Source: an uncultured Pseudomonadales bacterium | GTDB taxonomy: Bacteria; Patescibacteriota; Microgenomatia; UBA1400; Chazhemtobacteraceae | Direction of reading: 5' to 3' | DNA length: 64,000 nt | NCBI GenBank assembly: GCA_964618725.1 | Contig: CAZUBK010000004.1 | Coordinates: 15,485 to 79,484, forward strand | Shown here: in pieces, positions 1-8,855 of the stretch | How the letters are laid out: each line of letters starts with the position of its first letter | How positions within the stretch are numbered: the stretch's first letter is position 1 | The notes under the pieces: generated by a model | The model's input: the letters and a program-made list of their open reading frames with translations, nothing else | What the model was told of the DNA's origin: nothing | Databases searched by the model: none | Program-made: the position numbers and the translations under genes

Positions 1-78
1 AAACCTCCTCTTGAAAAAACACTCCACTAACCGTTAGGATCTTCCAAGCACTCTGAACATTTTATTTAGGAGATTCAC

Positions 79-948
79 ATGTCTGACTTTCCCGCCATTC
101 ACGCCGACGTTTTTCACACCGCCAAGGGCACCCCTTACCTCAAGACGCCCGGGGTCATTACCCTGGCCAAACCTAGCGTCAATATTTCTGGAATGTACAA
201 CTTCCTCAAAGGCTTCGATCCAGCTCTCAATTTTATTAATTACCTCGACGACAAAGACCCGCTTCCCGACGGAGAACAGCTTATTAAAGTCGCTGGCCAG
301 CTTTGCTATATGAGCTTTGGTGATCTTCGAAGCAAAAACAAAGATACCAGTAAGTATCTTGGCAATATGAAGTCTTCTGGACACGGCTCCGTCTTCGAAC
401 ATGCCGTCTTTGTTTTTCTCTTCTATGGTATCTCTCGAAGCGTCACTCACGAACTCGTCCGTCATCGCGCCGGTTTTGGCTTCTCTCAAGTCTCCCAGCG
501 CTATGTCTCCGGAAAAGTTCTTCGGTTTGTAGAGCGTCCCGAATATCAGCTCTACCCCCACCTCGATCAAGAATTTCAAGCTGATATCGATTACGCTGCC
601 TACAAATACGAAAAAAGGGCCAATGACCTCCTCGCTCTTCAACAAGATGGCTCCGAGATCCTGTCCGCCGAAGCCAAGACCGATTTGAGAAAAAAGGTCC
701 AACAAGCCGCTCGTTCCGTCCTTCCCAACGAAACCGAAGCCCCAATTATTGTCAGCGGCAACGGTCGCAGTTGGCGCCACTTCATCGAAATGCGTGCCAA
801 CGAACACGCCGAAATAGAGATCCGTCGTCTCGCCTTCAATACTTTCATCTGTCTTCGCCAAATCGCCCCCATCATCTTCGATGATTACCAAGAAATTAAC
901 CTTCCCGACGGCACCAAGGCCATTAATACTCTCTATCGTAAAGTCTAA
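79..948 (+). CDS. thyX: FAD-dependent thymidylate synthase ThyX
   Basis: 289 aa. Has the ThyX RHRxxxxxxxS signature (HELVRHRAGFGFSQVSQRY). AGGAG ribosome-binding site upstream of ATG 79. Confidence 0.85.
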   Translation: MSDFPAIHADVFHTAKGTPYLKTPGVITLAKPSVNISGMYNFLKGFDPALNFINYLDDKDPLPDGEQLIKVAGQLCYMSFGDLRSKNKDTSKYLGNMKSSGHGSVFEHAVFVFLFYGISRSVTHELVRHRAGFGFSQVSQRYVSGKVLRFVERPEYQLYPHLDQEFQADIDYAAYKYEKRANDLLALQQDGSEILSAEAKTDLRKKVQQAARSVLPNETEAPIIVSGNGRSWRHFIEMRANEHAEIEIRRLAFNTFICLRQIAPIIFDDYQEINLPDGTKAINTLYRKV

Positions 949-1038
949 GATTCCTCTAACCCTCCAATCTTTGGGAGTTTACTTTTAGCCTCAAAATGGC
1001 TAAAATGCAAGGACTATCCTATCTAAATGAGGTGGTAT

Positions 1039-1425
1039 ATGAACTTTGACACCTTCGTTAATCGACTCATGATCAATCTTGGCGCCACTCGAGTCGAGGA
1101 CCCCAGTACCCCCTTCTTCATCCTCAAGGTCCACGGCCTCAATATTAGACTTCAATTCACCCATTCCGAACCACGCAAGATTTTGGTTTTCATACCTCTC
1201 GTCTCTCAAGACAAGAACGTCCCACCAAACCCAAATCTCATACCGCTCAAGATCGCCAAACCATTTGAATCATATCTGGTACGGTTTAAGGATCCCCAAG
1301 ATCCAAACAAATTTCAACTGACTCTAGTGGCATTTATAGCTTTTGAAGAACAAACTGCTTCCAACAACCTCAAGCTTCTTGCAAACGAAGCCCAGGATAT
1401 TCTCAATGCCATCAAGCATGCTTAA
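1039..1425 (+). CDS. hypothetical protein (start moved to ATG 1039 behind a GAGGTGG RBS; possibly YbjN-like)
   Basis: ORF 1027..1425 from the track. A strong RBS, aaatGAGGTGGtatATG, places the start at 1039. No recognisable catalytic motif. Confidence 0.5.
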   Translation: MNFDTFVNRLMINLGATRVEDPSTPFFILKVHGLNIRLQFTHSEPRKILVFIPLVSQDKNVPPNPNLIPLKIAKPFESYLVRFKDPQDPNKFQLTLVAFIAFEEQTASNNLKLLANEAQDILNAIKHA

Positions 1426-1435
1426 ATTTCTCTAC

Positions 1436-1464
1436 ACGGACTCACCCAAGAGTCCGTTTTTTTA
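1436..1464. terminator. bidirectional rho-independent terminator between convergent genes
   Basis: Hairpin ACGGACTC-acccaa-GAGTCCGT followed by T7. It lies between the 3' ends of the 1039..1425 gene and dcd. Confidence 0.6.
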
Positions 1465-2019
1465 TTTCTGAAAATCTTTCCACGCCTGACTCTCCGTCGG
1501 CCCCATCTGTCCCTGGTACTTGTTTCCTGCCGTCCCATACGGCCTCTCGACAACCCCACTCATCATAAAAAAGCATATCTGTGCCACCTTCATAGAAGGA
1601 TATAATACTATCGGCACCATATTCATATTACTCATCTCAAACGTGATCTGCCCCCTAAACCCTGGATCTATATATCCCGCCGTTGCGTGCACCACCAACC
1701 CCATTCTCCCGAGACTACTCTTGCCTTCCAACTTTGCCGCTAGGTCATTGGGAATCTCAAAGTATTCCTTCGTTACCGCCAAGGCAAACTCACCAGGATG
1801 AAGGACAAACCCGTTTTTCCGGTCTACCTTCACCAAATCCGTCAAGCTCACTCTTTCGCGCAGGTCAATAAACCTCAATTTGTGATTGCGAAATACCCTA
1901 AATTCATCCCCCAAATGCAAATCATACGTCGACGGCTGAACACACCCCCGCTCAAACGGACGTATCACCAAACTCTTCTTTCTAATCCTAGTTTTCAGAT
2001 CTTTATCTGACAGAATCAT
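1462..2019 (-). CDS. dcd: dCTP deaminase
   Basis: GKSSLGRMGL and TAGYIDPGFRGQITFE motifs of the dCTP deaminase/dUTPase fold. The start is taken at the internal ATG (MILSDKD...), which forms an ATGA overlap with the stop of the upstream ORF. Confidence 0.85.
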   Translation of the reverse strand: MILSDKDLKTRIRKKSLVIRPFERGCVQPSTYDLHLGDEFRVFRNHKLRFIDLRERVSLTDLVKVDRKNGFVLHPGEFALAVTKEYFEIPNDLAAKLEGKSSLGRMGLVVHATAGYIDPGFRGQITFEMSNMNMVPIVLYPSMKVAQICFFMMSGVVERPYGTAGNKYQGQMGPTESQAWKDFQK

Positions 2020-2390
2020 TCCTTTCCAATAATCTTCATTAAAGGGCCTTCCACCCATTTGTCCCAAAAAACAGGGTCACTGGCTCTTTCTTTTAGTTCA
2101 GTGATAACTACATCTCTTCCCTTGTCTCCTTCATACGCAGGCTCACCTTTATATCGCAATACGACTCCTTTCTTTTCCACCCCAAGTGTTACACCAGAAG
2201 TATTTTGCTCGATCCTATCCATAGCCTTTTGTATCATCAAAAGCCTATCTTCCTTGCTTGTAATTTCCGCTCTATTTAGTTCGTCCCGCGATCCAACTAC
2301 AAACTTCCTATTAGCCATCCTCTCGTTTGTAGCTAATGAGCTTTCGTCTATCATGCCACCTACTCTACTCACCTCCAATTCTAATTTCAA
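2016..2390 (-). CDS. hypothetical protein, 124 aa, translationally coupled to dcd
   Basis: ORF from the track. Its stop overlaps the dcd start (ATGA). No recognisable domain. Confidence 0.45.
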   Translation of the reverse strand: MKLELEVSRVGGMIDESSLATNERMANRKFVVGSRDELNRAEITSKEDRLLMIQKAMDRIEQNTSGVTLGVEKKGVVLRYKGEPAYEGDKGRDVVITELKERASDPVFWDKWVEGPLMKIIGKE

Positions 2391-2425
2391 GCCCTTGAAA
2401 TTTTACCAACCAGTGTTCTCGCACT

Positions 2426-2462
2426 CTATGGGTTGCAAGCCAACTGCACTTAAGGTAAAATT
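2426..2462 (+). promoter_or_regulatory. sigma70-like promoter, family CTATGGGTTGCAAg-N17-TAAAAT
   Basis: TTGCAA at 2433-2438, a 17-nt spacer, and TAAAAT at 2456-2461. About 45 nt is near-identical to the promoter at 2735-2771. Confidence 0.5.
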
Positions 2463-2503
2463 ACCCTCAACGCCCCTTTATAGCTTTATAGGAGAATTTC
2501 ACC

Positions 2504-2665
2504 ATGAAACGCCTTGTTGGTTTTCTCATCGGTTTCTCTATCACCAGCATCTCGCTCGTACTCTCTCTCATGCAAACATCAGTGTCAGATCCCCAGCTTA
2601 TCGCATTTGCCTTTGTTACCCTCTTCGGCAGTCTCTGTGGCGCATACATTGCCGATGGCCTCTAG
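2504..2665 (+). CDS. small membrane peptide, 53 aa (not in the ORF track)
   Basis: ATG 2504 lies 7 nt after a GGAGAA RBS. The product is MKRLVGFLIGFSITSISLVLSLMQTSVSDPQLIAFAFVTLFGSLCGAYIADGL, with two hydrophobic segments. It sits between a promoter and a hairpin terminator. Confidence 0.45.
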   Translation: MKRLVGFLIGFSITSISLVLSLMQTSVSDPQLIAFAFVTLFGSLCGAYIADGL

Positions 2666-2695
2666 CTCTTCTCATCTCCTTTTAGCTTCCATAAT

Positions 2696-2716
2696 GCCCC
2701 GCTTCCGCGGGGCTTA
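2696..2716 (+). terminator. hairpin terminator (GCCCCGC-ttcc-GCGGGGC), weak U-tail
   Basis: 7-bp GC stem immediately after the small peptide gene. Confidence 0.4.
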
Positions 2717-2734
2717 AACTGTTACTTCTCCATT

Positions 2735-2771
2735 CTATAGGTTGCAAGTCAACTGTTGTTGAAGTAAAATT
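2735..2771 (+). promoter_or_regulatory. sigma70-like promoter, family CTATAGGTTGCAAg-N17-TAAAAT
   Basis: TTGCAA at 2742-2747, a 17-nt spacer, and TAAAAT at 2765-2770. It lies upstream of gene 2802. Confidence 0.5.
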
Positions 2772-2801
2772 AACGTATTCTGCACATTAAAAGGAGTCCA
2801 A

Positions 2802-3269
2802 ATGCACGAGATCTTGCTGACATCGCCTGAAAATCTCATTCTCATTGGCGAGGCCCTTCGCGTTGCCCGATTCACCCTACATACACCTCGAACCGTCACT
2901 TTTACCCAAGATGGATCTCAACATTCCGCTCTAAAATTCTCCATCGCCGAAAGTAAATCACCCAACAACAAGCTTGCCGATATCATTGTCCGCATACGAA
3001 CCTCTGGTATGACCAACACAGGTCTTACTGTTATTTTAGTCCCCGATCTCAATGCAATTCCTGAAATGAATTTGGCCTTATTCAAGACCATACTGATCAA
3101 ACGGCGTGGTTGGCTTGAAATGGACGGACAACTCCAACTTGTTACTTATGGCGGGATCGAAAGTGATCTCTTTTTTGCTCTCTTCAACGCTTTAGACGAG
3201 TTTCTCATCATCAAGAGAAACCTTACTACTGGTCTCACCAGATTAGCACAAAATCTCTTACCAGAATAA
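2802..3269 (+). CDS. hypothetical protein, 155 aa
   Basis: ORF from the track, flanked by a family promoter and a terminator. No catalytic motif. Possible distant paralog of the 1039..1425 product. Confidence 0.5.
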   Translation: MHEILLTSPENLILIGEALRVARFTLHTPRTVTFTQDGSQHSALKFSIAESKSPNNKLADIIVRIRTSGMTNTGLTVILVPDLNAIPEMNLALFKTILIKRRGWLEMDGQLQLVTYGGIESDLFFALFNALDEFLIIKRNLTTGLTRLAQNLLPE

Positions 3270-3283
3270 TCCCAATTCCACCT

Positions 3284-3310
3284 ACGGACTCGCACGAGTC
3301 CGTTTTTTTA
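3284..3310 (+). terminator. rho-independent terminator (ACGGACTC-gcac-GAGTCCGT + T7)
   Basis: The stem sequence is the same as in the terminator at 1436. A U-run follows. Confidence 0.6.
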
Positions 3311-3318
3311 AATCAATC

Positions 3319-3347
3319 TTGACAACTCGTACGACTACATGTACGAT
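3319..3347 (+). promoter_or_regulatory. candidate promoter TTGACA-N17-TACGAT, implying a leaderless antitoxin mRNA
   Basis: TTGACA at 3319-3324. A -10-like TACGAT/GATAAT follows 17-20 nt later. An in-frame ATG at 3354 lies about 7 nt downstream of the -10. Confidence 0.35.
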
Positions 3348-3629
3348 AATTCCATGATACAAACAACAACTCTAACTGCCAGTGAAGCTAGAGACGACCT
3401 CTATAGCATCATTAAATTGGCCTCAAAGGGAATAGAATCTTACCAAATCAATCTCCGAGGTGCCGACCCAGTGGTTCTGATGAACAAAGAAGAACTCGAT
3501 TCTTGGCTCGAAACCGCTGATATCATGAATAATCCCAAAGAACTGAAAGCCATTAGAGCAAGTAGAGAGGAGAAAGGCGGGATTTCCCACCAAGAGCTAA
3601 TTAATAGTTTAGGCCTCAATGAAAATTGA
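3339..3629 (+). CDS. Phd/YefM-family type II antitoxin (the true start may be ATG 3354, leaderless)
   Basis: 96 aa. N-terminal MIQTTTLTASEARDDLYSII is typical of Phd/YefM. It overlaps the downstream toxin gene by 11 nt. Confidence 0.7.
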   Translation: MYDNSMIQTTTLTASEARDDLYSIIKLASKGIESYQINLRGADPVVLMNKEELDSWLETADIMNNPKELKAIRASREEKGGISHQELINSLGLNEN

Positions 3630-3861
3630 GTACAGTAAGGGCGCGGAAAAACAAGTCAGAAAACTGCCTAGCACTGAACAGAAAAAAGTCCTAAGAAAAA
3701 TAACCCATCTCTGCGCATACCCAACATTAGGCAAACTTTTAAAAGGTGAACTTGCCGATCTAAGATCATTAAGAGCCTGGCCCTATCGTATTATTTACCG
3801 AATCAATAAAACCAAAATCTTTATAATCAACATCGCTCACCGTCAGGGAGTGTACAAGTAA
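3619..3861 (+). CDS. RelE/ParE-family type II toxin (YoeB/RelE-like)
   Basis: 80 aa. C-terminal IIYRINKTKIFIINIAHRQ is RelE-like. It overlaps the antitoxin gene. Confidence 0.65.
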   Translation: MKIEYSKGAEKQVRKLPSTEQKKVLRKITHLCAYPTLGKLLKGELADLRSLRAWPYRIIYRINKTKIFIINIAHRQGVYK

Positions 3862-3863
3862 CT

Positions 3864-5909
3864 CTATTCATCCAACTCCTTCTCACTTTCAACATTTTCT
3901 TTCTCCATTTCTTGTCCCTCCACCACCGGCTTCTTCCAAGTCGCCCAGTCACATTTGGGATATGTCTCACATCCATAGAACTCTCTCCCAAATCGCGTCT
4001 TCTTGATTACCACTCGACTACCACACTTCTCACACGTGGCTCCCTCCACATACTCAATATACTTGTCCTTGTACTTACAATCAGGAAACCGATCACAGGA
4101 AATAAACTTGCCATACCGCCCTTCCTTGATCACCAACTCCCCCGTCTTACACTCCGGACACTTCACTCCCAACTTCTCTACCGGAATCTCCACTCTCTCG
4201 CCATTTTTACTCACCTCCTCTATCCCTTTCTGAAACGGACCATAGAAGGCACTCAACATCTCGTTCCACTCTACCTTGCCTCTGGCAATATCATCCAGCT
4301 CATCCTCCATCTTCGCCGTGAAGTCATAGTCCATCTCCTTCATAAAATATCGGGTCAAGAAATCCACCACTGCCATCCCTACCTTAGTAGCAAAAAATCT
4401 TCTCTGTTGCCTCTCCACATACCCCCGATCCATGATTGTACTGATAATCGAGGCATAAGTACTCGGCCGCCCGATCCCCCGCTTCTCCAGCTCCTTCACT
4501 AACGAGGCGTCGTTAAATCTCGCCGGTGGCTCGGTGAATTTCTGCTCCTTCTTTACCTGGCTCAAATCCACCACCTCTCCCTCCGCTACTTCAGGTAAAA
4601 ACGTTTCCGCATCCTTCTTGTATAGCTTTCTCCACCCATCAAATTTCATTACCTCGCCATTAGCTTGCAAATCATACTTTTTATTATCTGTTCTCACCAC
4701 CACCCTCGTTGCATCAAAAACCGCCGGTACCATCTGACAGGCAATAGTGCGGCGCCAAATCAATCCATAAAGCTTGATCTGGTCCGCCGCTTCTTTCCCC
4801 TGCCCTTTGTATGTATGTGTCCCCATACTCATGTCTGCTGGCCTAATTGCCTCATGGGCCTCTTGTGCCACTACTTTACCCGAGGTCTTGTAGAAAACCG
4901 GCTCCTTTGGCAAGTACTCACTCCCAAACTCACTCTTCACAAATGTTCTCACTGCCTCGACTGCCGTTGGCGCCAAGTTAAGCGAGTCCGTTCGGTGATA
5001 GGTAATATCTCCCTGTTCGTAAAGCTTCTGTGCCACCCCCATCGTCTTCTTCGAACTCCAACCCAAGACATTAGCTGCTGCTTGTTGGAGGGTACTCGTC
5101 TTGAACGGCGGATGTGGCCAAGCCCGTCTTTCCTTCTTCTCTACCTCAACTATCTTCAACTTGGCACTCTTTAACTCCTTCTCAATTTTGTCTGCCGTCT
5201 CCCCCGTACCCACCACGGCCTTCTTTCCCGATATTCTAGTCAACTCAACCCAAAACTTTTCTTTCTTCCCCCCTATTACCTCGACACTAATCATCCAGTA
5301 CTCCACCGGTCTGAATGCCTCTATTTCTCTCTCTCGTTCCACTATCATCCGCAGTGCCACGCTCTGCACCCGTCCCGCTGACAAGCCGTACCGTACCTTC
5401 TTCCAAAGTAGAGGCGACAACTCATATCCCACCACTCGATCCAAGACTCTTCTTGCTTGTTGCGAGTTGACCATATCCATATCGATCTTTCGTGGATGTC
5501 CCATCGCCTCAAGGATCGCGTCTTTGGTAATCGAATGAAATACAATCCGGTCAAACCCTTTACCGTCTTTCTCCAGGATCTTGGCCACATGGAAGGCAAT
5601 CGCCTCTCCTTCTCGGTCCGGGTCGGTCGCCAGTATCACCTCCTCCGCCTTTTTTGCCGCTGCTTTAAGTTTTTTAACCGTATCTCCCTTGCCCCGCGTC
5701 TCGATGTATTCCGGAACAAACTCATATCCTACTTCTCCACTTTGCTTCTTTCCTTTGCCCTTTTTCTTTACCTCTTTAATCTCCACTCCAAACTTACTCT
5801 TCGGCAAATCCCGAATATGCCCCATACTAGCCAGTACTTGGTAATCCTTACCTAGATACTTTTCTAACGACTTTGTTTTGGTTGGACTCTCTACTATTAC
5901 TAACTTCAC
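3864..5909 (-). CDS. topA: DNA topoisomerase I with C-terminal zinc ribbons
   Basis: 681 aa. MKLVIVESPTKTKSLEKYLG Toprim N-terminus, catalytic Tyr region, and C-terminal C4 zinc ribbons (CPECKTG...CDRFPDC, CEKCGS...CETYPKC). Confidence 0.9.
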   Translation of the reverse strand: MKLVIVESPTKTKSLEKYLGKDYQVLASMGHIRDLPKSKFGVEIKEVKKKGKGKKQSGEVGYEFVPEYIETRGKGDTVKKLKAAAKKAEEVILATDPDREGEAIAFHVAKILEKDGKGFDRIVFHSITKDAILEAMGHPRKIDMDMVNSQQARRVLDRVVGYELSPLLWKKVRYGLSAGRVQSVALRMIVEREREIEAFRPVEYWMISVEVIGGKKEKFWVELTRISGKKAVVGTGETADKIEKELKSAKLKIVEVEKKERRAWPHPPFKTSTLQQAAANVLGWSSKKTMGVAQKLYEQGDITYHRTDSLNLAPTAVEAVRTFVKSEFGSEYLPKEPVFYKTSGKVVAQEAHEAIRPADMSMGTHTYKGQGKEAADQIKLYGLIWRRTIACQMVPAVFDATRVVVRTDNKKYDLQANGEVMKFDGWRKLYKKDAETFLPEVAEGEVVDLSQVKKEQKFTEPPARFNDASLVKELEKRGIGRPSTYASIISTIMDRGYVERQQRRFFATKVGMAVVDFLTRYFMKEMDYDFTAKMEDELDDIARGKVEWNEMLSAFYGPFQKGIEEVSKNGERVEIPVEKLGVKCPECKTGELVIKEGRYGKFISCDRFPDCKYKDKYIEYVEGATCEKCGSRVVIKKTRFGREFYGCETYPKCDWATWKKPVVEGQEMEKENVESEKELDE

Positions 5910-6009
5910 CTTTTCAAACTAACACATACTTACTAATAATTACTACTAGTCAAATCCTCAACCCGTAGAAAAAAGTATTGTACTCCATGAGTCAAGACCG
6001 CCCCTTTTC

Positions 6010-7869
6010 TTATGCCACTAACACGCTTCTTTTCCTCTTCTCTACCCATTCCCACATCAAAAGTCCCCCCATTCCCACCACCGACGCTGCCATCACTCCT
6101 CCCGACATCGTCATCAGAACTTGTCGTTGCGATCTAGTAAACATAGGTGTCTTGTCTTCCGTCGTTGCTCGCTTCGCCCGTGCCCGCTTAAGATACAGAT
6201 CTACCGTTGGATGAAGCGAATACAAGTTCTTTACTTCACCAAAGTCTTCTGCCGCAAAACCAAAATAATTTAGCCAAAAGCTCTCTAATCCCAATCTCCA
6301 TTTCTCATATACCAGATTATCTCCTCGTTGTACTCCCGCCTTCTCCATTAAGACTCTCAAATCCTCCACATCCCGCAAAAAGCCATAATTGCCCCCTAAC
6401 TCCTCGTCCACTAATCCGTAAGTCGCAATCCCCACCACCTTTCCTGATCCATTCACCGCCGGTCCACCACTATTCCCGCGCGTTATCACCGCATCTGTCT
6501 GAATCAGTTTCTTTCTGTCTCCCCTTGCCTCTTTGATCGCGCTCACGATCCCGCTCGTCAGCGTCGGCACCGTCGCTGATGAGACATCTAACAACTCACT
6601 CCCTTTCCCGCTCACTATCCCTGGATACCCCATCACCTGGATCTGACTCCCCATTCCCGCCTCCGCCTCGCTCAATTCTAATGCCGGATATATCCCTTCT
6701 CTTGATATCTTTAAGATTGCTAAATCCGATGACCTAAATCCCAGATCATCCATCTCCTCATAATCAGCTGCCACCAAAGTCGCTGGGACAATATCTTCCC
6801 CCAAGTTCACTTGCCATTCGCTATCTATAACCACCGGTGTCTTACCAAGCTGCACATAAAAGCCGTATTTTCCTTCCCTCAACTGTAACTTACCTTCATC
6901 ATACATATTCCCCACTAAAAAAGCCAAACGTAACACCGTATCTGGTTGCGCATACAGCTCGTCAAGCCTTGAGACCATTTCCGGACCAGCTAGTATACCT
7001 TCAATCTCTCCAATCACCCTCCCAGCCAGTGATCGAAGCGTTCCATTCCTCACCCCCGACATCAAGGCACTCTTAGGTAAAAACTTCACTACGTGACCAT
7101 TGGTGGCGATATGTCCTTGATCGCTGATGAAAAATCCCGTCCCACTCCCTCCAACACAAAAGGGGAACTTCTGCCCCTCCTCTGCTGGTATCAGCGTTAC
7201 TTCATTACACAAAGTCGTTGTCAACATCACCACTGATGGCCTAACCAATGCCGCCACGGCCTCCCCTGCTGCGTCGTCATTGACTCCTCTGATTGTCGTC
7301 TCCACCAAACTAATTTTTTCTAATATCTCCTCTATCTCTGGCTGCTTGTCCAATGAAGGTAATATCACTATCAGGCCTACCTTGTCCTCACCAAAGAGTG
7401 TGACTTCCCATACTTGAACAATTACTTTCCTCTGCAAAAACTCAAATTCCCACGACTCCCCCTCCGCCTTTCCGGTAGTACTCGTCATTCGACCAATAAA
7501 CCGTCCTATTTTGTAGTTCAGACCCAATTCTTTCTCAAGTCTCTTTCTATCTCTCACGATTCCGCTCTTCACCGCCTTTAGCGTTGCCAAGTCTCCCTCA
7601 TTTACTAAGCTTGCCCCCTCGACTATCCATTTGTCCGCCCGATATCTCACCAGTACGTTCTTTTCTCCCCCCAGTAGTCCCTCTACCACCAGATCCTTAT
7701 ATCCCAACACGGCTTCTATCTCTCCCAAGGCCTCTACCCGCCCGCCGACTACCGTCAACGACGCTCGAGACGACAAGTCCTGACTCTCATCAACCAACAA
7801 AAAACCCAGGGTTACACCGGATAACAAAAAAAGCAAGCTAAACAATCCAATCAAGTATCTCCTCCACAT
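6010..7869 (-). CDS. membrane-anchored trypsin-like serine protease (S1 family) with a long N-terminal region
   Basis: 619 aa. N-terminal transmembrane segment. Catalytic His region (TNGHVV) and GNSGGPAVN serine motif. No PDZ domain evident. Confidence 0.65.
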   Translation of the reverse strand: MWRRYLIGLFSLLFLLSGVTLGFLLVDESQDLSSRASLTVVGGRVEALGEIEAVLGYKDLVVEGLLGGEKNVLVRYRADKWIVEGASLVNEGDLATLKAVKSGIVRDRKRLEKELGLNYKIGRFIGRMTSTTGKAEGESWEFEFLQRKVIVQVWEVTLFGEDKVGLIVILPSLDKQPEIEEILEKISLVETTIRGVNDDAAGEAVAALVRPSVVMLTTTLCNEVTLIPAEEGQKFPFCVGGSGTGFFISDQGHIATNGHVVKFLPKSALMSGVRNGTLRSLAGRVIGEIEGILAGPEMVSRLDELYAQPDTVLRLAFLVGNMYDEGKLQLREGKYGFYVQLGKTPVVIDSEWQVNLGEDIVPATLVAADYEEMDDLGFRSSDLAILKISREGIYPALELSEAEAGMGSQIQVMGYPGIVSGKGSELLDVSSATVPTLTSGIVSAIKEARGDRKKLIQTDAVITRGNSGGPAVNGSGKVVGIATYGLVDEELGGNYGFLRDVEDLRVLMEKAGVQRGDNLVYEKWRLGLESFWLNYFGFAAEDFGEVKNLYSLHPTVDLYLKRARAKRATTEDKTPMFTRSQRQVLMTMSGGVMAASVVGMGGLLMWEWVEKRKRSVLVA

Positions 7870-7876
7870 AACTCAA

Positions 7877-8479
7877 CTATACCAACTTAATCGCCCCCTC
7901 TGAAATCAATAGATCCGTCCCCGGCGTCCCTGGTATCGCCAGCACATCCCGCCCCATATCTGCCGCATAATTGGCCGAGGCCATACTTCCCGATCTTACT
8001 TCTGCCTCTATCACCACCAATGCCTCACTCATCCCCACCATTATTCTATTTCTCTCCAAAAAAAATCGCCGCTGCGGTCTTACTCCCATCGGAAACTCGC
8101 TCACCAATGCTCCACCTCGCGCGACTATTTTCTCCGCTAATTTCTCATGTTCCGCTGGATATACCATATCTAAACCGTGCGCTAATACAGCAATCGTTTT
8201 TCCCCCATATTCTAGTGCCGCTTCATGTGCCATCTTATCTATCCCCCTCGCCAACCCAGAAACAATAATCTTCTTCATCCCTACCAACTCCTTCACTACT
8301 TCTTTCACTTTCGTGAGTGCTAACTGACTCATCTTCCGACTCCCAATTACCGCCACCATTGATTGCTGCAAAACGTCCGTTTTCCCCAATACATACAAAC
8401 ACTTAGGGCAACCCTTCACCGGTCTTAGCAACCTCGGATATTCCAAGTCGCCTGGATGAATCTTCATCACCTCGCTCAT
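7877..8479 (-). CDS. dprA: DNA processing protein DprA/Smf, short form
   Basis: DprA Rossmann-like core (VIGSRKMS...GLARGIDKMAHEAAL). The track ORF begins with TTG at 8482; the ATG at 8479 is more likely. Confidence 0.7.
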   Translation of the reverse strand: MSEVMKIHPGDLEYPRLLRPVKGCPKCLYVLGKTDVLQQSMVAVIGSRKMSQLALTKVKEVVKELVGMKKIIVSGLARGIDKMAHEAALEYGGKTIAVLAHGLDMVYPAEHEKLAEKIVARGGALVSEFPMGVRPQRRFFLERNRIMVGMSEALVVIEAEVRSGSMASANYAADMGRDVLAIPGTPGTDLLISEGAIKLV

Positions 8480-8492
8480 CAACCCACTCTAA

Positions 8493-8810
8493 CAAAAAAA
8501 GAAACCCCCTTGAGAGAGGGGGTAATAAAGTAAAGGCTCGCGATGAGCGTGCGAACCGGATGAAAACCGGCTTGCTGCCAGGCGTATTGGAGTAGGGGCT
8601 TCTTCGAAGCGCCATCTCGCAATATGGCTGGTCTTGCCGCCTACACTGGCGAAAGGTGTACCGTCGAAGCAACGCACCATCAAAGGCGCGTGCGGCCGAA
8701 ACTTTTCCGACCTCTCGACGGCTGAAGCAAGTGGCAGAAGTGGGGCGGCAATAAATAGTTGCCCCGTTGCCACATTTGGCCCCCCAAGGGGGCAGTTTTA
8801 GAGAAAATCT
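8493..8810 (-). ncRNA. candidate structured ncRNA, GC-rich; identity unresolved (RNase P RNA considered, not confirmed); strand uncertain
   Basis: Roughly 300-nt GC-rich stretch between mrdA and dprA with no credible ORF. On the minus strand it ends in a terminator, CCCCCUCUCUCAAGGGGG plus a U-run (plus coordinates 8491-8522). Internal long-range complementarity, for example GCCGUCGA with UCGACGG, and a GGCCAAAU motif. Confidence 0.3.
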
Positions 8811-8855
8811 TAACTTTTCAAGATACCAGTAATTTAACATATAAGATGCTCCCTG

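Noticed and set aside
34-891. 285-aa minus-strand ORF
   Set aside because: It fully overlaps the well-supported thyX on the opposite strand, and its product is low-complexity.
8403-8840. Minus-strand ORFs 8403..8840 and 8489..8773 as CDS
   Set aside because: They lie in a GC-rich region whose frame openness is explained by composition. The first overlaps dprA. The products are Ala/Arg/Pro-rich with no motif. The region is treated as candidate ncRNA instead.
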